From Hyperthermus sp. (GTDB lineage Archaea > Thermoproteota > Thermoprotei_A > Sulfolobales > Pyrodictiaceae): 52,498 nucleotides of DNA. The position numbers were made by a program, and so were the translations under genes. The stretch lies in assembly GCA_003978665.1 (NCBI GenBank), contig QNYQ01000027.1, positions 1 to 52,498 on the forward strand. The letters run 5' to 3'. Under the pieces are notes generated by a model that was not told the origin of the DNA, ran no database searches, and worked only from the letters and a program-made list of their open reading frames with translations. Of the stretch, positions 47,413-52,498 are shown piece after piece. Within the stretch, counting starts at the first letter, position 1; each line of letters begins with the position of its first letter.

Positions 47413-48330
47413 TTGCTTCGCCATGCATGCTCTGGGAAAGGTCTTCGTGTCCTCAGCCCTAAAGCCTTGCCGTCCGGGGATGCGGAGAGTGCGTGGGTGT
47501 TGGAGTGGAAGGAGCCTAGCTGTGCGCCGCGCTTGAAGGAGGAGAAAACTACTCTTCTAGCATCCGCGCTTATCGAGGCCTTTGAGAGACACCTTTCCGA
47601 GTTCTCCAGGCTTGTCCCCGTAGAGGTTGGCCTGGGTAGGAGGTTTAGCTACGTGTACACTGATAGCGGTCATTTAGGGCTGGCTTATGCTCCCCAGGAC
47701 GAGCCTATACCTGCCAAGATCCTTTCGGCTCCCAGTTTGATCGATATTGTACGCTACGCGTGGCAGCATCCCGTGGCCTCGTCCCTGGCTCTTGCAGCTG
47801 CTAATGCAGCCATGTCAGCTTTAATTGATAGGGATAGGGGTGTTGTAAGGTTTGGTGGAGACGTGGTTGAGGAGCTGGGTGTTGGGGCGGGGGATAGAGT
47901 GGCTCTTGTAGGCTACGTGGAGGGGGTGGCCAGCGCGCTTATCGACCGCGGCGCCAGGCTTGTGGTCTACGAGGATAACCCCATGCATAGGAGGTGGGCG
48001 GAGAGGAGCGGGCTCACAGTCCTGCCCGGCTCCCAGATCGTTCTCGGCGTGGAGGACTACGACTACCTCATCGCTACTGGAGCCAGCCTCATAGACCCCA
48101 GGCTTGTCCACGTGCTTCTTGAGGCACGCGGCAAGAAGAGCGTCAGAGCCGCTGTCGTAGGGCCCTCGTCGAGCTTCCACCCCTATGCGGCTGTAAGGCT
48201 GGGCTTCAACGTTATTGCCGGCTCTTATGTTCCGAGAGTGTTTAGGGAGACTGTGCTGAGGCTTGTTAAGGCTGGCTATGGGTTCCGTGCCATTAGGGGG
48301 TTTGTGGAGAAGTGGGTGTGGGGTGGCTGA
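47413..48330 (+). CDS. DUF364-like Rossmann-fold protein
   Basis: LALAAANA, VALVGY, ATGASL, VVGPSS; start likely further downstream. Confidence 0.8.
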   Translation: MLRHACSGKGLRVLSPKALPSGDAESAWVLEWKEPSCAPRLKEEKTTLLASALIEAFERHLSEFSRLVPVEVGLGRRFSYVYTDSGHLGLAYAPQDEPIPAKILSAPSLIDIVRYAWQHPVASSLALAAANAAMSALIDRDRGVVRFGGDVVEELGVGAGDRVALVGYVEGVASALIDRGARLVVYEDNPMHRRWAERSGLTVLPGSQIVLGVEDYDYLIATGASLIDPRLVHVLLEARGKKSVRAAVVGPSSSFHPYAAVRLGFNVIAGSYVPRVFRETVLRLVKAGYGFRAIRGFVEKWVWGG

Positions 48331-48333
48331 GGC

Positions 48334-48666
48334 TTGTTCGACGAGCTTAAGCGTCTTCTCCGAGACGGGTTCTGCGACAAAGTGGTTGTGGTTGAGGAGT
48401 CTGGGTCGTGTAGCCTCGTGTACTGTGGCGGGAGGCTTCCCCTGCTCTTGGCTCTCGCGAAGTGGAATGAGTGGTTTTATGTTAAGGCTGTTGCCGAGAA
48501 GATTGTTGCAGCCCACATGTGGCATTGCAGCGACATATTCTACAATCCCTACGGAGTATACGTGTTCCGTACGGGAGAAGATGAGGTTGTGGATGCTCTA
48601 AGGGAAAAGGAGAAGTATATCGTCGCGCAGGCTAGGCTCGCCGAGCTTAGGGCTCTGGGCGCTTAG
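48334..48666 (+). CDS. Hypothetical protein
   Basis: Last ORF of a co-oriented run. Confidence 0.7.
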   Translation: MFDELKRLLRDGFCDKVVVVEESGSCSLVYCGGRLPLLLALAKWNEWFYVKAVAEKIVAAHMWHCSDIFYNPYGVYVFRTGEDEVVDALREKEKYIVAQARLAELRALGA

Positions 48667-49763
48667 AGGCTCACCCTGCAGTGCGCCAGCCCCCTCATGC
48701 ACAAGGCTAGTGCAGCGGAGGGATATGCCTGGTTAATGTTCTTCAGCTCTACGATATCGAACACCCTACCCTCAGCCAGCAGTAGCAGTACCTCCTGCTC
48801 CTCCCTGCTCAACGCCTCCTGCTCTATAAAGCTCTCTATCGAAGCTATCATTGCCGCCAGCTCATCCACACCAGTCTTGACCAGGCGCGAGGCGAGGCGG
48901 CTTATGCTCTCCTTAACCTTCTCGGCCTTCTCCAGCTCCTCGCGGGCCCTCCTAACACGCTCCACCAGCTCTATCGAGGACCCAGCATTCCTTAATGCCT
49001 CCAGCTCGTTCTTGGACGCCATCGCATGCGATAACAGCTCGTGCAGTAGTTTGCAAGCTGTGCTAGACCCGTCACCATTACAGTTCGCCAGCGCCTTCGA
49101 CGCCTCGATCACTAGCTGGGAGGACCGCTTGGACAGTATTGCAGCGTCTCCAAGCACCGAGGCTATGTGCTCCAGCGACGCCAGCGCCTCCTTTAGGCTC
49201 GTTTTCTCGGCAAGTGCTGCTGCAAGGGAGATCACGTGGAGCCTCTTGACCCCGACATTCCTCTCTAGCATGACCGAGCTCCTATATATGCTTGCCAGTA
49301 CCTTGCTGAGCCTCTGCCACTCCCTCACCACAGTGTACAGGTTTTCCTCGAGCCCTCCGCCGCCAGCGGCTAGGAGAGCCCTAACTATGTGTGCCAGGGG
49401 GCCAGACGCCTTAACAACCCGGAGGAGGAGTTCGGCCGCGCCCCGCCCCATGCAGCCTATCCTGCCACCGTCCAGCGCGTAGTCGGTGTCTAGAAGCTTC
49501 AGCACATAGTCTTTCGACACGCTCCTACACAGGTTGCCTGCCTCCTCTACAGCGTTATCGAACCTACCTACATCTATGTACTCTAGCAGCCTCTGGGCAA
49601 TAGCCTTGTACCGGGCTACGTCAAGACCTCCCTCACTGATCATGTACTCTACCGCACTAGTTATCTTCTTCAGCTCGTTCAGGCTCCTAGCAGTCGACTC
49701 AGCCTCCCTAACCAATGACTCGTACTGGGCTATCATTCTCGGGAGTAGGAGGGACTGCATCAC
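48663..49763 (-). CDS. Coiled-coil protein with C-terminal winged-helix-like end
   Basis: Long amphipathic helices; ends EEQEVLLLLAEG...ALALCMRGLAHCRV; coupled to the upstream ATPase (GTGA overlap). Confidence 0.75.
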   Translation of the reverse strand: MMQSLLLPRMIAQYESLVREAESTARSLNELKKITSAVEYMISEGGLDVARYKAIAQRLLEYIDVGRFDNAVEEAGNLCRSVSKDYVLKLLDTDYALDGGRIGCMGRGAAELLLRVVKASGPLAHIVRALLAAGGGGLEENLYTVVREWQRLSKVLASIYRSSVMLERNVGVKRLHVISLAAALAEKTSLKEALASLEHIASVLGDAAILSKRSSQLVIEASKALANCNGDGSSTACKLLHELLSHAMASKNELEALRNAGSSIELVERVRRAREELEKAEKVKESISRLASRLVKTGVDELAAMIASIESFIEQEALSREEQEVLLLLAEGRVFDIVELKNINQAYPSAALALCMRGLAHCRVSL

Positions 49764-52423
49764 AATCCTTCACCCCCTATGAGGGCCTCCTCCCTGGCAT
49801 CATACCTGGACTCTTCTATGCCGAAGAGGCCTGCTATGCGCGCAGTGATCATCTTCTTCTCCTCCTCTATAGACTCTATCATGTGGAGGCTATCAGACAT
49901 CCCCGTAAGCCTGCCTAGTAGCCCTATCGCATTCTCCAGGTACTTCTCCAGGCTTGCGAGATCCCTCATTGACGCCACGTCTGCGCGAAGAGCCTTCTCG
50001 AGCTCATCCCTCACCTTGGCCGGGAGGGGGTCTGCTGCATCGTGCACCTGCCTATACAGCTTCGCGATCCTATCAAGCCTCTCCTCAAGCCTTATCAAGA
50101 GCTCTTCTAGCGCGTCCTCGTTAACAACCGGAAGGATTGCCGGGAGAGACTCTGAGAGTACCTCTAAGAGTTTGCTGAGCTTTTCGAGGGAGCCTACCCG
50201 GGGCATACCAGTAATCATCTCCGATATTCTCCTCAGCCTGGCCAGCATGCTCTCCCCATCCTCACCGCTACCCTTTAGGCCGAGCAGCATGTCTAGCAGC
50301 TGAAGCCCGCTCGTCGCCTCACACCCCTCTAGCAGGCTTTGGAGGCGGGGCAGCTGGTCCAGCACACCCGCTATCGCGTCCTTTACCTCCTCTAGCACGG
50401 CGCGCTTAACGACGATCTCTCTTGCCGGCTTCACGCCAGTCACAGCCGATATTTCACGTATGAGCTTCTGGACTGTGGGTATTGTGTTCTTCAAGCTCTC
50501 GATCTCGGCCTCCAGGGCTTCCTCTCCCTTAGATGCCACGCTGCCTATTCTCTCGGCGAGGGCGGAGGGGATGGGCTGCTCCATCCTGGACAGTGTAGCC
50601 CGGAGCCTATCCAATACGCTGGTGTTATGTGACATGGCGTCCAGGATGACGCTCTTCAACATGTCCGTGTATATTTGGATGCTCCTCTTCTCGCTAGACC
50701 CCAGGTTCTCAGGCATGCAGCCGTGAAGCCCTATTGTTAGAGCGTAGAGGAGGGCGTAAGTGAACAGGCTTAGCCTCTGCCCCATAGCCACTATCGGCAC
50801 GCCGAGTGATTCGAGAGCCTTGGATATCGATGCCCCTATCCTAGCGTCCTCCCTCACGGCAGGGAGGAGGACAATGGTCTTCTCCCCGGAGACAGCACGG
50901 CACGCCGCTACACGTGCAACATGGTGCAGTAGGGGAGGTGAGGCTATTAGAATGCTAATCCCCCTCCGCTCCTCTATAGTGTTGAGGCCTAGGAAGCCCT
51001 TAACCCTCTCCCAGTGCTCGGCCAGCTCCTCGGGGGATAGGTCGTCAACAACCCTTGAAACCTGGTCTACACCAGCCTTCCTCGCGCATCCCACCAGCGG
51101 GCTGCTTCCAGCGATAGGGTATATTCTCGTGAGCATGCCGGGCTTGAGATACACTACTGGCTCCTCTAGCCTAAAAGGCTCCGGCGCGATAATGTCTGGG
51201 TTCAATGACTCAAGAATCCTTGCAACATTAGGGTCGTCGCCATAGATCTCGCGTGACACGTCAGCAGCTATAGTGAAGAGCTCGCGGAGGAGCTGAGGAT
51301 CATAGGGTAGCACACCCCCATTCTCGTAGGCAGACACCACGTACTCCAGTACTGTCAAGGCACGCTCAACAGACTGGCCGCTCACATTCCATATCCTTGC
51401 AGCCTTCTCCATCCACGAAGCAGCAGCGTCAACGAGCTCACTACTCCTAAGCCCCAGCCTCGTGACCCCGGTGACGGGCCCGGACCCGACCATTATACCG
51501 CCGCCGACGAGCCTCTCAACAATACTCAGCGGGACGGGGCCCGGCAGCACTGCTAGTATGGGGGCAATCTTAGGGTCATCAATAAACCTCTTAACGTCAC
51601 GGTAGCCCTGCCTGTCGAAGAGGGGAATACCCTCCACAATCTCCCTTGTGAGAGCCTCCTCGCCAAGCAGGAACGCCTCAACCCTCTCGACACCAGACTT
51701 GAAAGCATCCATCAACCCGGGCACAATACTGTCAACCATCAACTTAACCCATGCAACCCTACCCTTAGAAGCCCACCACACCATGTTGGCTACAAGGCCT
51801 CTGAGAGCAGGATCGTCTACAAGCCCCTCAAGCTGCCCCTCAATAATATTCTTGGGGAGGAGAGGAATAGTGTAAACCCTACTACGCCACGCAACAGGCC
51901 CGAACACAGCCTCCTTAAGGGTGGAGGACGGGCCCAGCGCGAGAACCACGTAGACCGGTATGGAACGAGTACGAATAGCCTCTGCAAGCCCGCGGAGGGG
52001 GCTAGTCTCGTGCTCCACTATGCCACGGAAAACATCATAGCTCTCCTCAACCTCGTCAATAAGCAATACCACCACACCGTTAACAGCCCCAAGCCTAGAC
52101 TCAACAAACTCGCGTACAACCTGAGGAAGCCTAGACTCGTGAATAGAACCATAACGCTCCAGAATAAAGTCAACAATATCAGCAAATTCAACCCTAAGCA
52201 CAGCCACGCCAAGCCTACTCCGAGAAAACCATTCAAGATGCCTCAATAAAGCCGTCTTACCACTACCATACGATGCAACCACAACAGCCATCCAATACTC
52301 GCTAGCAGAGCCCTCAACATAGCTGCGTATAAGCCCCTCGACCTCACTCCTAACCCTGGCATGCTCACCGCTATAATCACACCATCCCGACTCGAAACAC
52401 TGAATGCCAGAAGCAGTATCCAT
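49760..52423 (-). CDS. Large P-loop ATPase with C-terminal coiled coil
   Basis: Walker A ASYGSGKT, Walker B VLLIDEVEE, WASKGR; helical C-terminal third; start probably ATG 52423. Confidence 0.85.
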   Translation of the reverse strand: MDTASGIQCFESGWCDYSGEHARVRSEVEGLIRSYVEGSASEYWMAVVVASYGSGKTALLRHLEWFSRSRLGVAVLRVEFADIVDFILERYGSIHESRLPQVVREFVESRLGAVNGVVVLLIDEVEESYDVFRGIVEHETSPLRGLAEAIRTRSIPVYVVLALGPSSTLKEAVFGPVAWRSRVYTIPLLPKNIIEGQLEGLVDDPALRGLVANMVWWASKGRVAWVKLMVDSIVPGLMDAFKSGVERVEAFLLGEEALTREIVEGIPLFDRQGYRDVKRFIDDPKIAPILAVLPGPVPLSIVERLVGGGIMVGSGPVTGVTRLGLRSSELVDAAASWMEKAARIWNVSGQSVERALTVLEYVVSAYENGGVLPYDPQLLRELFTIAADVSREIYGDDPNVARILESLNPDIIAPEPFRLEEPVVYLKPGMLTRIYPIAGSSPLVGCARKAGVDQVSRVVDDLSPEELAEHWERVKGFLGLNTIEERRGISILIASPPLLHHVARVAACRAVSGEKTIVLLPAVREDARIGASISKALESLGVPIVAMGQRLSLFTYALLYALTIGLHGCMPENLGSSEKRSIQIYTDMLKSVILDAMSHNTSVLDRLRATLSRMEQPIPSALAERIGSVASKGEEALEAEIESLKNTIPTVQKLIREISAVTGVKPAREIVVKRAVLEEVKDAIAGVLDQLPRLQSLLEGCEATSGLQLLDMLLGLKGSGEDGESMLARLRRISEMITGMPRVGSLEKLSKLLEVLSESLPAILPVVNEDALEELLIRLEERLDRIAKLYRQVHDAADPLPAKVRDELEKALRADVASMRDLASLEKYLENAIGLLGRLTGMSDSLHMIESIEEEKKMITARIAGLFGIEESRYDAREEALIGGEGL

Positions 52424-52498
52424 ACCCCGGCTCCCAACGTGAACCTTAACAAGAAAGAGGCAATATAGTGGCAGAAAAACCCTCAGACCCATAGAAGC

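Overview
52.5-kb chromosomal segment of a GC-rich, probably hyperthermophilic crenarchaeon. A Desulfurococcales-like origin is inferred from archaeal-type LeuRS/SerRS, tetraether synthase, geranylgeranyl reductase, Lrs14, split IPCT/DIPPS genes and box C/D sRNAs. Most of the window is housekeeping: moaA, di-myo-inositol-phosphate genes, ADP-forming acyl-CoA synthetase beta, purP-like, NMD3, hxlB, leuS, tes, tatD, serS, glyA, GGR, hsp20, ZPR1 and a 3-hydroxyacyl-CoA dehydrogenase/enoyl-CoA hydratase fusion, with five radical-SAM genes in total and many hypothetical proteins. The first ~1.9 kb is an AT-richer accessory patch with decayed genes (clostripain-like fragment, AF2212-like antitoxin). 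The non-coding signals are the most notable. There are about six candidate box C/D guide RNAs, several with unusual internal hairpin insertions. A multibranch structured element at 24814-24964 carries 18 nt identical to conserved 16S rRNA sequence plus a 16S 3'-end motif and sits just upstream of an uncharacterised radical-SAM gene. Other items are an antitoxin-PIN-antitoxin triplet with an 87-bp perfect repeat and an uncharacterised P-loop ATPase/coiled-coil gene pair at the right edge. No rRNA, tRNA or CRISPR array was seen. All family assignments and rRNA/tRNA matches come from motif recognition and recalled consensus sequences, not database searches.
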